The translations under genes and the position numbers were made by a program. Shown one piece after another: positions 28,687 through 39,241 of a stretch of DNA of 64,000 nucleotides. Position 1 is the stretch's first letter, and every line of letters begins with the position of its first letter. This stretch comes from an uncultured Candidatus Actinomarina sp. (GTDB lineage Bacteria > Actinomycetota > Acidimicrobiia > Actinomarinales > Actinomarinaceae), in assembly GCA_902619825.1 (NCBI GenBank), contig CACNFT010000001.1:265534-329533 (forward strand). Direction: 5' to 3'. The notes under the pieces are model-generated. The model was not told the origin of the DNA, did no database searches, and worked only from the letters and a program-made list of their open reading frames with translations.

Positions 28687-29762
28687 GTTTCAACCTTTTT
28701 AGAGGCATCTTTGACTTGCTGTTTTACAATAAATCGTCTGATTACTTCATAAAAAACAACAACAATTAATAATATGAAAGCTTGAAGCATTCTCTCAATT
28801 TCTTTCGGAACATCATTTAAGTCCAATATTTGTGATGATCTTTCTAAAAATGCAAACAATAAAGCTCCAACTCCCATACCAAATGGATGATTTCGTCCTA
28901 ATAATGCAACTGCAATACCTGCAAATCCTAAGCCTGTTGGGAAATCAATTGTAAATCTATGAAAATATCCAAGTAATGGGCCAAGTCCAACAAGCCCTGC
29001 AAATCCTCCTGATGTGACCATTGCAACAACTATCAATTTGTTAGGATTTATTCCGCTAAACTTTGCAGCGACAGGATTTGAGCCAGTTATTCTTAAATCA
29101 AAGCCAAGAGTTGTTTTCCAAACTAACCAATAGTAAAAAATTCCAACAATTATTGCTACAAACAAAAATCCGTGTAAGTCTTGCAAGTCCTCAAGTCTAA
29201 ACAAATTATTTAGTGCTGGCATTTGACCTGTTTCTGGTAATTCAGGTGTCCTCGGTAGCTCGTATTCTGATCCTTTTTCATCAAACACGTTAGTTAAACT
29301 ATAAGAAATTAATCCAGTACCTATATAGTTCAACATTATTGTAGATATAACTTCATGAATACCTTTTTTCACTTTCAAATATCCAGCGATTGCTGCCCAC
29401 ATTGCCGAACATGCAACAGCAATAAGAATAATAAATAATATATGCAAGGGTGTAATTATGGTGAACTGAGAACCAACAAATGCAGCAACAATTGAGCCAA
29501 CTAAATATTGTCCTTCAACTCCAATGTTAAAAAGTCCCATTTTAAAGCCAACTGCTACTGCTATCGCAGAAATGTACAATGGAATTGAACGATTTATAAT
29601 TGATACAATCGATTTACCTTTGATTCCATACTCAAACATAATTTGGAAAGTTTCAATTGGGTCTTTACCAATGAATAATAAAATTAGGGAACTCAGTCCA
29701 AACGAAATAGCCAATGCAATTATTGGTGCAGAAAAACTTGCAATTCTTAAACTAAACTTCAT
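28683..29762 (-). CDS. Nucleoside/simple-sugar ABC transporter permease (NupP-like)
   Basis: GLFNIGVEGQ, EVISTIMLNYI, GIAVALLGRNHP. Confidence 0.88.
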   Translation of the reverse strand: MKFSLRIASFSAPIIALAISFGLSSLILLFIGKDPIETFQIMFEYGIKGKSIVSIINRSIPLYISAIAVAVGFKMGLFNIGVEGQYLVGSIVAAFVGSQFTIITPLHILFIILIAVACSAMWAAIAGYLKVKKGIHEVISTIMLNYIGTGLISYSLTNVFDEKGSEYELPRTPELPETGQMPALNNLFRLEDLQDLHGFLFVAIIVGIFYYWLVWKTTLGFDLRITGSNPVAAKFSGINPNKLIVVAMVTSGGFAGLVGLGPLLGYFHRFTIDFPTGLGFAGIAVALLGRNHPFGMGVGALLFAFLERSSQILDLNDVPKEIERMLQAFILLIVVVFYEVIRRFIVKQQVKDASKKVET

Positions 29763-31270
29763 TTTTTTAATCCAGTCATATAACCACCTAGATCTTCAGG
29801 GGAGACATCATCTGAACTTAACTCTTTTACTGTTGATCCTTGATAAAATACAATGATTCGATCGGATAAACCGATTAATTCCTCAAGATCTGCTGAAATT
29901 AACAATACTGCAAGTCCGTTGTCACGGCTCTGCCTTAGTTTTTCCCAGATTAAAGACTGAGCTCCAATGTCTATTCCTCTAGTTGGCTGTGAAGCAATTA
30001 ATAAAGAAGGGTTATCTTCTAATTCACGACCAACAACAAATTTTTGCTGGTTACCTCCTGAAAGTGCAGTAGCTAGTGTATTAGTATTTGGAGTTTTAAC
30101 ATCAAACAAAGAGATAACATTCTCAGATTCTTTAATTGCATTTTTAGTTTTAACTGTTGCAAGATTTGATTTATATTTTTCAATATTTTGTCTCCCTATA
30201 ATTACGTTATTTGTGAGATTCATGTCCATAATCATTGCTTGAAGTTGCCTATCTTCAGGAATAAAACTTATTCCTGATTCCAATCTTTGTCTTGTAGTTT
30301 TATTATTGATATTTTCACCATTAAAGAAGATCTCTCCAGATTCAATATTTTGAATACCAATTATTGATTCAACAACTTCTTTTTGTCCGTTACCTTCTAC
30401 ACCAGCAATACCAAGTATTTCTGATTCAAAAACACTAAAAGAAACGTCTGTAAAAAATTTTCTTCCATCAACAGATTCTGAGGTAATACTTTTTATATCA
30501 ATTATTTTATTTTGTTTTGTTTCTGTACTTCTTGGAGGCGGGGTTGGTAAACTTTTTCCTATCATCATTTCAGCTAATTCAGTTTTACTTACATTTTCAT
30601 TCTTTACTGAATCAATAAGTTCTCCGGCCCTCATAACGCTTATATCGTCAGCAATCTCAAGAACTTCGTCAAGTTTGTGAGATATAAAAATAATAGTTAC
30701 ACTATTTTGTTTTAAATTATTGAGATTTTTGAATAGCTCATTAACTTCTTGTGGAACCAAAACAGCTGTCGGTTCATCAAGTATTAATATTTTTGCGCCT
30801 CGAAATAAAACCTTTATTATCTCAACTCTTTGTTTTTCTCCCACACTTAAATCTTCTACAAACATATCTAAATCTATATCTAAAGAGTAAGTGCTCATAA
30901 CTTCTTCAATTAATTTTTTGTATTTTTTAAGACCTAAATTTTTAATTGAAGGCTTGTCAATTCCTAGAATTATATTTTCGAGAACGGTTAGGTTTTTTGC
31001 CAACATAAAATGCTGATGAACCATACCAATTCCAAGATTTATAGCCTCCTTTGGTGAGGACATGCTTGCAGATTGATTAAAAACTTCAATTTCACCTTGA
31101 TCAGGCTTTGTCATTCCATAAAGTATCTTCATTAATGTTGATTTACCAGCTCCATTTTCACCAACTATTGCATGTATAGAGCTTTTTTCTATTTGGACCG
31201 ACACATTTGAATTAGCTAAAACCCCAGGATAGGATTTTGATATATTTTTAGTGTTAATCGCTAAATTCAT
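29759..31270 (-). CDS. Nucleoside/simple-sugar ABC transporter double-domain ATPase (NupO-like)
   Basis: GENGAGKST, GMVHQHF, GVEGNGQ, IPEDR, LSGGNQQK, QPTRGIDIGA. Confidence 0.92.
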   Translation of the reverse strand: MNLAINTKNISKSYPGVLANSNVSVQIEKSSIHAIVGENGAGKSTLMKILYGMTKPDQGEIEVFNQSASMSSPKEAINLGIGMVHQHFMLAKNLTVLENIILGIDKPSIKNLGLKKYKKLIEEVMSTYSLDIDLDMFVEDLSVGEKQRVEIIKVLFRGAKILILDEPTAVLVPQEVNELFKNLNNLKQNSVTIIFISHKLDEVLEIADDISVMRAGELIDSVKNENVSKTELAEMMIGKSLPTPPPRSTETKQNKIIDIKSITSESVDGRKFFTDVSFSVFESEILGIAGVEGNGQKEVVESIIGIQNIESGEIFFNGENINNKTTRQRLESGISFIPEDRQLQAMIMDMNLTNNVIIGRQNIEKYKSNLATVKTKNAIKESENVISLFDVKTPNTNTLATALSGGNQQKFVVGRELEDNPSLLIASQPTRGIDIGAQSLIWEKLRQSRDNGLAVLLISADLEELIGLSDRIIVFYQGSTVKELSSDDVSPEDLGGYMTGLKK

Positions 31271-31279
31271 ATTAATTTT

Positions 31280-31317
31280 AAAAATATTCGTTCCAGAGTT
31301 TCCTCTGGAACGAATAT
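31280..31317 (-). terminator. Strong stem-loop or terminator between the BMP gene and the ATPase
   Basis: 15-bp perfect stem ATATTCGTTCCAGAG / CTCTGGAACGAATAT; GAAA loop on the minus strand, followed by a short T-run. Confidence 0.8.
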
Positions 31318-31334
31318 AAAATTTTCAGACTTTT

Positions 31335-32459
31335 TTAAGGTCTTACAGACGGAGGTACAATTTCTCCGCTTATAATTTTTGCTTTGTACTCTTCTAGTGT
31401 GTCTTTTATATCATCAATATATCCACCTGAATAAGACAAATATATTCCTCCAGTTGATAAATCATCAACATTAGGACCACCAGTAAAGGTACCTTCTACT
31501 GTTGCTTTTGCAGCATTGTAGATTGATACATCAGCAGCCTTAACCATTGAGGTTAAGATGTATTCCTGTAATTCTGGAAGTGGGTTTCCAACTGTGTAGT
31601 ATTGATCAAAGTCAACACCAATTCCCCATACTTTTGTTCCAGTTGATTCAGTTACTTCTTTAGCTGCTTCGAACATTCCTGTACCAGTTCCACCAGCAGC
31701 ATGATAAATTATATCGGCTCCGGCTTCGTACTGTGCAAGCGCAATTTCCTTACCTTTTACAGGATCATTAAATCCTGAAAAGTCTGGAGGAACACTTGCG
31801 TATCCAATTTGTACGGTAATGTCTGGATTTATTGCAGCAACACCGGCAAGAAAACCTTGCTCAAATTCATGAATTAGTGGAAAATCAACCCCACCTATGA
31901 ATCCAACATTATTTGTTGATGTTTTTAATGCTGCGGCAACCCCTGCAAGGAAAGATCCTTCAGCATGCTTAAATAACATTCCTCTTACGTTACCTGGCTC
32001 TGCAACACCATCTGTAATTGCAAAGTTAATGTCTGGATAATTAGGTGCTACTTCATTCATTGCTCCGTCAAATAAGAAACCATTACCAACAATCAAATCG
32101 TTTCCTGCTTCTGCGCAAAGCTCTAGAAGTTCACCTCTATTTTCTCCACCACCGTCAGGCTCTAGGAAAGTACCTACCATGCCAAAATCAGCAATCGCTG
32201 CTTCGTATCCTGAATATGCTAAATCATTAAATGCTAGATCTCCAAGACCTCCAATGTCTAATACAAGACAAATGCTAAATGGATCGGCTTCAGGTTCAGC
32301 TGCTGCGGCAGTTGTCGCAGGTGAGTCCAGAGTTTCTGCTGGTTCTTCTTCTGCTACAACTTCTTCTTCAGCTGCATCATCACTTCCGCCACCACAAGCA
32401 GTTAATATAAGGCCAAATACTATGAAAAGTACAAGCCATTTTGACTTCATTCGAGTCAC
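31335..32459 (-). CDS. BMP-family (purine nucleoside) ABC substrate-binding lipoprotein
   Basis: Lipobox LTAC, GGLGDLAFN, EGSFLAGVAAA, ADIIYHAAGGTG, IGVD.DQ, LTSMVK; SD AAGGAG. Confidence 0.92.
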   Translation of the reverse strand: MTRMKSKWLVLFIVFGLILTACGGGSDDAAEEEVVAEEEPAETLDSPATTAAAAEPEADPFSICLVLDIGGLGDLAFNDLAYSGYEAAIADFGMVGTFLEPDGGGENRGELLELCAEAGNDLIVGNGFLFDGAMNEVAPNYPDINFAITDGVAEPGNVRGMLFKHAEGSFLAGVAAALKTSTNNVGFIGGVDFPLIHEFEQGFLAGVAAINPDITVQIGYASVPPDFSGFNDPVKGKEIALAQYEAGADIIYHAAGGTGTGMFEAAKEVTESTGTKVWGIGVDFDQYYTVGNPLPELQEYILTSMVKAADVSIYNAAKATVEGTFTGGPNVDDLSTGGIYLSYSGGYIDDIKDTLEEYKAKIISGEIVPPSVRP

Positions 32460-32590
32460 TTTTACTCCTTGTCCAACTAGTTGTAGGTATAAAATACCTT
32501 TAAAAACCCCGTTGGAATTTATAGTAGCAATTTTTAATAGATTATCTTTTGATAAGACTTAATTTTTGATAACAGTTTGACAGATTTAAA

Positions 32591-35071
32591 TTATGAATCA
32601 GAGTCAGCAAAATCAACTTCAGGTTCGTTGGGAGCTTCTACAGACTCAAATTCAAGCTTTTCGTCTTCTTCATTTAAAGAAACAATAATTGTAGATCCTG
32701 CTTTGTATTTTCCTTGTAATAGTTCTTCAGACAGAGGATCTTCGAGAAGTCTCTGAATAGATCTTCTTAATGGTCTAGCGCCGAATTCTTTGTTGTATCC
32801 TTCTGTAGCTAAATATTGTTTTGCTTCATCAGATAGTACTATCTCTAGGTCTGAATTTTTAAGTTGTTTGTGAACTCTGTCTAACATTAAATCAACAATT
32901 TCTTTTACTTCATCAAGTGTTAACTCATGGAAAACAATAGTTTCATCAATACGGTTTAGAAACTCAGGCTTAAAGTATCTTTTTAGTTCTTCATTAACTT
33001 TTGATTTCATTTTTTCATATGATCCAGTGTCAGATAAGTTGCTGAAGCCGATATTTTTTGACAAATCTTTTGTACCAAGGTTACTTGTCATTATTATCAC
33101 AGTATTTTTAAAATCAACTGTTCTTCCTTGTGCATCGGTTAATCTTCCATCTTCTAGTATTTGTAAAAGAGTATTGAAAACATCTGGGTGTGCCTTTTCA
33201 ACCTCATCTAAAAGAACAACGCTGAACGGTTTTCTTCTAACTGCTTCAGTTAATTGTCCGCCCTCATCATAACCAACATAACCTGGAGGAGATCCAATTA
33301 ACCTACTTACTGTGTGCTTCTCCATGTATTCTGACATATCGATTTGAATTAATGAATCTTCGTCACCAAATAAGAACTCAGCAAGTGCTTTTGCTGTTTC
33401 AGTCTTTCCAACACCTGATGGTCCAAGGAAAATAAATGAACCTGACGGTCTTTTCGGATCTTTTAAGCCTGACCTTGTTCTTCTAATAGCCTTTGAAACA
33501 GCTGTAATTGCTTCATTTTGTCCAACAATTCTTTTATGAAGTTCATTTTCCATTTCAAGTAATCTTGCAGTTTCTTCCTGAGTTAACCTATGAACAGGAA
33601 TTCCTGTCCATTGTGCTAAAACTTCTGCTATTTCTTCCTCATCAATGACCATCTCAATATCTGAAGAGCTACTTCCTTCTATTGAATCAACTTCATCTAA
33701 CAAGACTTTTTCTTGGTCTCTTATTTGAGCTGCTTTCTCAAATAATTGTGATTGAACAGCATCAATTTTTTGTTCTCTTAAGTTTTTAAGTTTGTCAGAG
33801 AGCTCTTGTTTATCAGCATCTAAAGGCTTTTTGTAGACTCTCATACGGCTTCCTGCTTCATCAATTAAATCAATAGCTTTGTCTGGTAAAAATCGGTCTG
33901 AAATGTATCTATCGGCCATATTGACTGCTGAGGCAATTGCTTGATCAGTGAATCTAACACCATGGTGAATTTCATAACGATCTTTTAACCCATCAAGTAT
34001 CTCAATTGCGTCTGAGAGATTTGGCTCATCAACTTTTACTGATTGAAATCTTCTTTCTAATGCTGCGTCTTTCTCGAAATGCTTTCTAAATTCTTCTAAT
34101 GTTGTAGCTCCTACTGTTTGCAACTCACCTCTTGCTAGCATAGGTTTTAGTATTGATGCAGCATCAATAGCTCCTTCAGCAGCTCCAGCACCAACTAATG
34201 TATGAATTTCATCGATAAATAGAACAATGTCGCCTCTCGTTTTAATTTCTTTTAATACTTTTTTGAGTCTTTCCTCAAAATCTCCACGATATCTTGACCC
34301 TGCGACCAAAGCTGATAAATCTAATGTATAAATTTGTTTACCTTGTAATGTAGACGGAACATCTCCAGATACAATTTTTTGTGCTAACCCTTCAACGATT
34401 GCTGTTTTACCAACGCCTGGTTCGCCGATCAAAACAGGATTGTTCTTTGTTCTTCTTGAGAGAATTTGCATCACTCTTTCAATTTCAGTTGTTCTTCCAA
34501 TAACAGGATCTAGTTTTCCTTCTTTACCCATTCTTGTAAGATTTCTTCCAAACTGGTCTAATATCGCTGAACCAGTACCTGAACCTGGTCTTTCTCTTCC
34601 ACCAGTGGAAGCTGCTTGAGCTTTTTTGCCTTCACCTGAATTTGAAATGAGTTTTATGACTGTCTGTCTGACTTGAGATAGTTCTGCTCCAAGTTTTTTG
34701 AGTACTTGAGCTGCTACGCCTTCTCCCTCTCTAATTAAGCCGAGCAATATGTGCTCTGTTCCGATATAGTTGTGGCCTAATTGTAAAGCTTCTCTGAGAG
34801 ATAGTTCTAAAACCTTTTTTGCTCTTGGTGTAAAAGGAATATGACCACTTGGTGATTGTTGACCCTCTCCTATAATTTCAACAACTTCAGACCTTACACT
34901 ATCAATACTGATATTTAGTTCTTCTATTGCTTTTGCAGCATGACCTTCACCTTCTTGGATTAAACCAAGTAAGATGTGTTCTGTGCCAATATAATTGTGA
35001 TTTAGTCTTCTTGCTTCTTCTTGTGCAAGAACCACAACTCTTCTGGCTCTATCTGTAAATCTCTCAAACAT
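32591..35071 (-). CDS. clpC: ATP-dependent Clp protease ATPase subunit ClpC
   Basis: [21 protein letters not shown] (ClpC1-type), two AAA+ modules ([16 protein letters not shown]), UVR coiled coil. Confidence 0.97.
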   Translation of the reverse strand: MFERFTDRARRVVVLAQEEARRLNHNYIGTEHILLGLIQEGEGHAAKAIEELNISIDSVRSEVVEIIGEGQQSPSGHIPFTPRAKKVLELSLREALQLGHNYIGTEHILLGLIREGEGVAAQVLKKLGAELSQVRQTVIKLISNSGEGKKAQAASTGGRERPGSGTGSAILDQFGRNLTRMGKEGKLDPVIGRTTEIERVMQILSRRTKNNPVLIGEPGVGKTAIVEGLAQKIVSGDVPSTLQGKQIYTLDLSALVAGSRYRGDFEERLKKVLKEIKTRGDIVLFIDEIHTLVGAGAAEGAIDAASILKPMLARGELQTVGATTLEEFRKHFEKDAALERRFQSVKVDEPNLSDAIEILDGLKDRYEIHHGVRFTDQAIASAVNMADRYISDRFLPDKAIDLIDEAGSRMRVYKKPLDADKQELSDKLKNLREQKIDAVQSQLFEKAAQIRDQEKVLLDEVDSIEGSSSSDIEMVIDEEEIAEVLAQWTGIPVHRLTQEETARLLEMENELHKRIVGQNEAITAVSKAIRRTRSGLKDPKRPSGSFIFLGPSGVGKTETAKALAEFLFGDEDSLIQIDMSEYMEKHTVSRLIGSPPGYVGYDEGGQLTEAVRRKPFSVVLLDEVEKAHPDVFNTLLQILEDGRLTDAQGRTVDFKNTVIIMTSNLGTKDLSKNIGFSNLSDTGSYEKMKSKVNEELKRYFKPEFLNRIDETIVFHELTLDEVKEIVDLMLDRVHKQLKNSDLEIVLSDEAKQYLATEGYNKEFGARPLRRSIQRLLEDPLSEELLQGKYKAGSTIIVSLNEEDEKLEFESVEAPNEPEVDFADSDS

Positions 35072-35151
35072 AATTTAATAATAACAAAGCTCTGTTTATA
35101 CCTCTAAACGAAAATTACAACTATTTGTGAAATTCTCTTATTCTTTAACTT

Positions 35152-36129
35152 ATGGAATCAAATGAATTAAAAAATATAATCCCTATTCAAAGTATTTGGG
35201 AAGACCTTGCCCTGTTAGAGGATAGACTTATAGAAATTAGCAGTTCTTCTGATCCATATCTCACAGAAATATCACAATACTTAATATCAGCTGGTGGAAA
35301 AAGGTTCAGACCATTAATTGCTCTGTTGGCAGGAAAATTAGGTGATGGGGATAATAAAAAAGTAATTGATGCTGGAGTTTCAGTTGAGTTAATACACCTT
35401 GGGAGCTTGTACCACGATGATGTAATAGATGATGCTACAACAAGAAGAGGGGTGGTAAGTACAAACAAACAATGGAATTCAACATTAGCAATTTTGGCTG
35501 GAGATTACCTTCTTGCGAGGTCCTCCGAGCTGGCCGCTGAGTCATTAGGGCTTGAATCTGTAAAGCTATTAGCTTCCACATATGCTCAGCTTGTTGAAGG
35601 CCAAACAAAAGAAGTTCAGTTTTCATATGATACAAATCATGGAACTGAAGATTACATGAAAATAATTGAGGGGAAAACAGCAAGCTTAATCAAGACAAGT
35701 GCAAAGTTAGGAGCAATGGCCTCAAATAGTAAAAAAGACGACATAGATTATATAAGTGAATGGGCTTGGCACAATGGAATTATTTTTCAAATCACAGATG
35801 ATATATTAGATCTAAGTTCTGATGAACAGACTCTTGGTAAACCATCTGGTAATGACATTATTGAGGGTACTTATACATTGCCAGTTTTAATAGCGTTGAA
35901 GCAACAGCCAGAAAAAATAAAAAAATTATTATCAGACATCTCTGATGAAAAAGTAGTTTTAAAGGAAGTAATTGCTGAATTTAATAATGACGAAATTATT
36001 TCGGAATCAAAAATATTTCTTGAAACACATATTGAGAAAAGTGAAAACGCTGCAATGAAAATTGAAAATAATGATATTAGAAATATACTTTTAGATTTAA
36101 ATAGATATCTTATAGAAAGAAGTAATTAA
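35152..36129 (+). CDS. trans-polyprenyl diphosphate synthase (HepT/GrcC-like)
   Basis: GGKRFRP, first DDxxD (HDDVID...RRG), GKTA, second motif FQITDDILD, GKPSGND. Confidence 0.9.
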   Translation: MESNELKNIIPIQSIWEDLALLEDRLIEISSSSDPYLTEISQYLISAGGKRFRPLIALLAGKLGDGDNKKVIDAGVSVELIHLGSLYHDDVIDDATTRRGVVSTNKQWNSTLAILAGDYLLARSSELAAESLGLESVKLLASTYAQLVEGQTKEVQFSYDTNHGTEDYMKIIEGKTASLIKTSAKLGAMASNSKKDDIDYISEWAWHNGIIFQITDDILDLSSDEQTLGKPSGNDIIEGTYTLPVLIALKQQPEKIKKLLSDISDEKVVLKEVIAEFNNDEIISESKIFLETHIEKSENAAMKIENNDIRNILLDLNRYLIERSN

Positions 36130-37610
36130 TTTTCTGGTTTTAAGTGCGTAAATGAAATTACTTCCCGTATTGAAGTTTTACCTACAAGCATCATCACAAA
36201 ACGGTCGACTCCAAACCCTAAACCACCAGTTGGAGGCAAGCCATATTGTAAAGCTTCTACGTAATCTTCATCTTCAACATGAGCTTCTTCATCACCGTCA
36301 TTTTTTTTAATAGCTTGTTCTTTGAGCCTATTGGCCTGATCTTCAGAGTCTATAAGCTCTGAAAAACCATTTGCCAATTCACTACCAAATGCAAAAAGTT
36401 CAAACCTCTCAGTTATACCTTTTTCATCTTTCTTTTCTCTTGCAAATGGAGAAACTTCTACAGGATAATCAATTACAAATGTTGGATCTATGATTTCTTT
36501 CTCTACGAAATTCTCAAAAAGTTCATAAACAAGTAATCCAATTGATTTAGCTTCAAAATCAACTCCTTGCTTTTTTAATTCTTTGCTAATCTTCTTAAAA
36601 TCTGAATTAAATTCTATGTCTATATTAAATTTTTCAGAAACCATATCAAACATACTTATCCTTTTCCATGGTCCTGAGAAGTCAGCAGTATTTTCACCAA
36701 AGTCCAACTTTGTATCAGTTTCTAAATTTTTAAAAACATATGTACACATATCTTCAACCATGTCCATAACAGAATTTGCATCAGCGTATGCCTGATAGCT
36801 TTCTAACATCGTAAATTCCGGTAAATGTGTTTGATCAATACCTTCATTTCTGAAAATTTTTCCTAATTCAAATACTTTTTCAAATCCTCCAATAATAAGT
36901 CTTTTTAGATAAAGTTCTGGAGCAATCCTTAAATACATGTCTAAACCTAAAGCATTATGGTGAGTTGTAAACGGCTTTGCTATCGCACCACCAGCTTTAG
37001 TTTGCAATATTGGAGTTTCCACCTCTACAAAACTATTTTCATGTAAATATTCTCTGATAAGCTTTATTACCTTTGATCTAGTTTCTAGAATTTTTTTTGA
37101 CTCAGGGTTCACTATTAAATCCAAGTATCTTTGCCTAAATCTTGTTTCTATATCTTTTAATCCATGCCATTTTTCTGGAAATGATCTTAAACTTTTAGAT
37201 AGTATTGTTGACTGATTCACTTTAATTGAAAGCTCCCCTTTTTTAGTTTTAATTACCTCACCGTTTACTGCAATTATGTCGCCAATATCAAAATTTTCAA
37301 AAAGCCTTAGATAAACATCGTCAATTTCACCAGAATTAACAAGTAATTGAATTTTTCCAGATTGATCTAATATGTCATAAAATAATAATTTGCCAAACGA
37401 TCTTGCATTTAATAATCTTCCCCTAACGGTTACAGATATGCCTGTATGAATACCTTCTTCAATATCTCTATGTTCATTGATAATATTTGAAATCTTCGTG
37501 GATTCATTAAATTTTGTGGGAAAAGAGTCGTTACTTATATCATTAAGTAAAGCAATTTTTTGCTTTCTAAGTTCATAGATTTCTTTTTCTGATTTTGAAA
37601 AATTACTCAC
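36126..37610 (-). CDS. lysS: Lysine--tRNA ligase (class II)
   Basis: RFRQRYLDL, YLRIAPELYLKRL, FRNEG, GLPPTGGLGFGVDR. Confidence 0.97.
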   Translation of the reverse strand: MSNFSKSEKEIYELRKQKIALLNDISNDSFPTKFNESTKISNIINEHRDIEEGIHTGISVTVRGRLLNARSFGKLLFYDILDQSGKIQLLVNSGEIDDVYLRLFENFDIGDIIAVNGEVIKTKKGELSIKVNQSTILSKSLRSFPEKWHGLKDIETRFRQRYLDLIVNPESKKILETRSKVIKLIREYLHENSFVEVETPILQTKAGGAIAKPFTTHHNALGLDMYLRIAPELYLKRLIIGGFEKVFELGKIFRNEGIDQTHLPEFTMLESYQAYADANSVMDMVEDMCTYVFKNLETDTKLDFGENTADFSGPWKRISMFDMVSEKFNIDIEFNSDFKKISKELKKQGVDFEAKSIGLLVYELFENFVEKEIIDPTFVIDYPVEVSPFAREKKDEKGITERFELFAFGSELANGFSELIDSEDQANRLKEQAIKKNDGDEEAHVEDEDYVEALQYGLPPTGGLGFGVDRFVMMLVGKTSIREVISFTHLKPEN

Positions 37611-37620
37611 TATTCATAGC

Positions 37621-38388
37621 CTAATTATTCAAAAAATATATTTCTTCAAGTCCATTTAATGTTAGATCTTTTGAGTACTCTGTTTCGACATTTATTAGGG
37701 GTTGGATTACCTCTCCTAGGCCACCAGTTATAACAATTTTTGGATTCGTGCCTGTCTCTAAAATTATTTTTTCCAACATAGAATCTATCATCGATGCATG
37801 CCCTAAAATAAGACCGCTTTGTATAGCTTCATATGTGTTTTTACCAATTACTGATTTGGGGCTCAATATTTCTACCGATTTTAATGATGATGTTTTTGTG
37901 GTTAATGCCTCAAGAGATATTTTGATACCCGGAGCAATTGATCCACCTAAATATTCTTTTTTATCATTTACTACATCAAAAGTTGTGGCGGTACCCAAAT
38001 CAACAATAATTACAGATTTTTGAGCCATCTTGAAACCACCAACAGAGTTTGCAATCCTATCAGGTCCCAATTCTTTTGGATTGTCAATGTTAACTTTTAA
38101 ACCTGTTTTTATTCCTGGGCCAACTATATAAACTTTTTTAGAGGTAAATCTCTCAGTAGCTTCCACAACGCTTTCAGTTATTTGAGGAACTACCGAACAT
38201 ATAATTGAGCCATCAAGATTTTCGTCATTAATACTGTCGGGATCAATTGTTGTTTTAAACATCATAAATAATTCATCAGAAGTGATTGTTTTTCTAGTTG
38301 TATATCTATAGCTTCTCCAAGATAAATTATTTCCAACACCTACAGTTGTTTCACTGTTTCCGACATCTATTGCGACTATATTTTTCAT
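37621..38388 (-). CDS. coaX: Type III pantothenate kinase
   Basis: AIDVGNS, LGPDR, VDLGTATT, GGSIAPG, ITGG. Confidence 0.94.
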   Translation of the reverse strand: MKNIVAIDVGNSETTVGVGNNLSWRSYRYTTRKTITSDELFMMFKTTIDPDSINDENLDGSIICSVVPQITESVVEATERFTSKKVYIVGPGIKTGLKVNIDNPKELGPDRIANSVGGFKMAQKSVIIVDLGTATTFDVVNDKKEYLGGSIAPGIKISLEALTTKTSSLKSVEILSPKSVIGKNTYEAIQSGLILGHASMIDSMLEKIILETGTNPKIVITGGLGEVIQPLINVETEYSKDLTLNGLEEIYFLNN

Positions 38389-39212
38389 TTTGTAGCTCCA
38401 ACTTCAAACTGAATATTATCAATTAATCTTATACCCTCGACATAAGCAGCAATAATAATTATAAATTTTTTTGTAGTATTTTTTGGAGGTGAAAATGTTT
38501 TATGATCAAGAATTTCAAAATAATCTAGACCAATATTATTCTTCAATAATTTATCGGTCCCAACTTTGACTGCATCTACTGTGTTGTTAGTTTTTATAAA
38601 TTCATCTTTTGCAGCATTCAATGATTTGTAAATAAAACTTGCCTGTTGAATACCCGTGTTTGAAAGGTGTTGATTACGGCTGCTTAACGCAAGACCTGAA
38701 CTATTTCTTACTATCTTATTTTCAATAAGTTTTATATTGTATTTCTTTTCTAAAATCAACTTGTTAATTAAAAACAATTGTTGAAAATCTTTTGCTCCAA
38801 ACACTGCAGTTTTTGGAGCAATCAATTCAAATAATCTATTTACGACTGTTATTACCCCATCGAAATGACCGGGTCTCGAGTTTCCTTCATATTTTTTTCC
38901 TAAATTACCTGCATCAAGTTTATCAAAGCCTGATTCAGGAAACATATACTCCTCATCAGGAAAAAAAACATATTCTATATTTAATCGATTAAGTATTGAA
39001 ATATCTTTTTCAAAATCTCTTGGATAATTTTTAAAATCTAAATCATCATCGAACTGAAGTCTGTTTACAAATATAGATACTATCACTTCTTGTTCTGTTT
39101 TTTTTGCCGCATTTATTAATGCAATGTGACCTTCATGCAGAGCTCCCATCGTTGGAACGAGACAAAGATTTTTATTATCAAATATATGTTCATTATTTTT
39201 TAAAATTATCAT
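38385..39212 (-). CDS. panC: Pantoate--beta-alanine ligase
   Basis: VPTMGALHEGH, SIFVN..QF, RPGHFDGV, KDFQQ, GLALSSRN, RLIDN. Confidence 0.95.
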   Translation of the reverse strand: MIILKNNEHIFDNKNLCLVPTMGALHEGHIALINAAKKTEQEVIVSIFVNRLQFDDDLDFKNYPRDFEKDISILNRLNIEYVFFPDEEYMFPESGFDKLDAGNLGKKYEGNSRPGHFDGVITVVNRLFELIAPKTAVFGAKDFQQLFLINKLILEKKYNIKLIENKIVRNSSGLALSSRNQHLSNTGIQQASFIYKSLNAAKDEFIKTNNTVDAVKVGTDKLLKNNIGLDYFEILDHKTFSPPKNTTKKFIIIIAAYVEGIRLIDNIQFEVGATK

Positions 39213-39241
39213 ATTTATCGTGCCCTTAAAGGTGCCCGTAA

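Noticed and set aside
35121..35142. CTATTTGTGAAAT, identical to the left part of the nuoA Rex site, upstream of the polyprenyl synthase
   Set aside because: Half-site only (right half CTCTTATT). A respiratory-quinone link would be coherent, but the match is insufficient without binding data.
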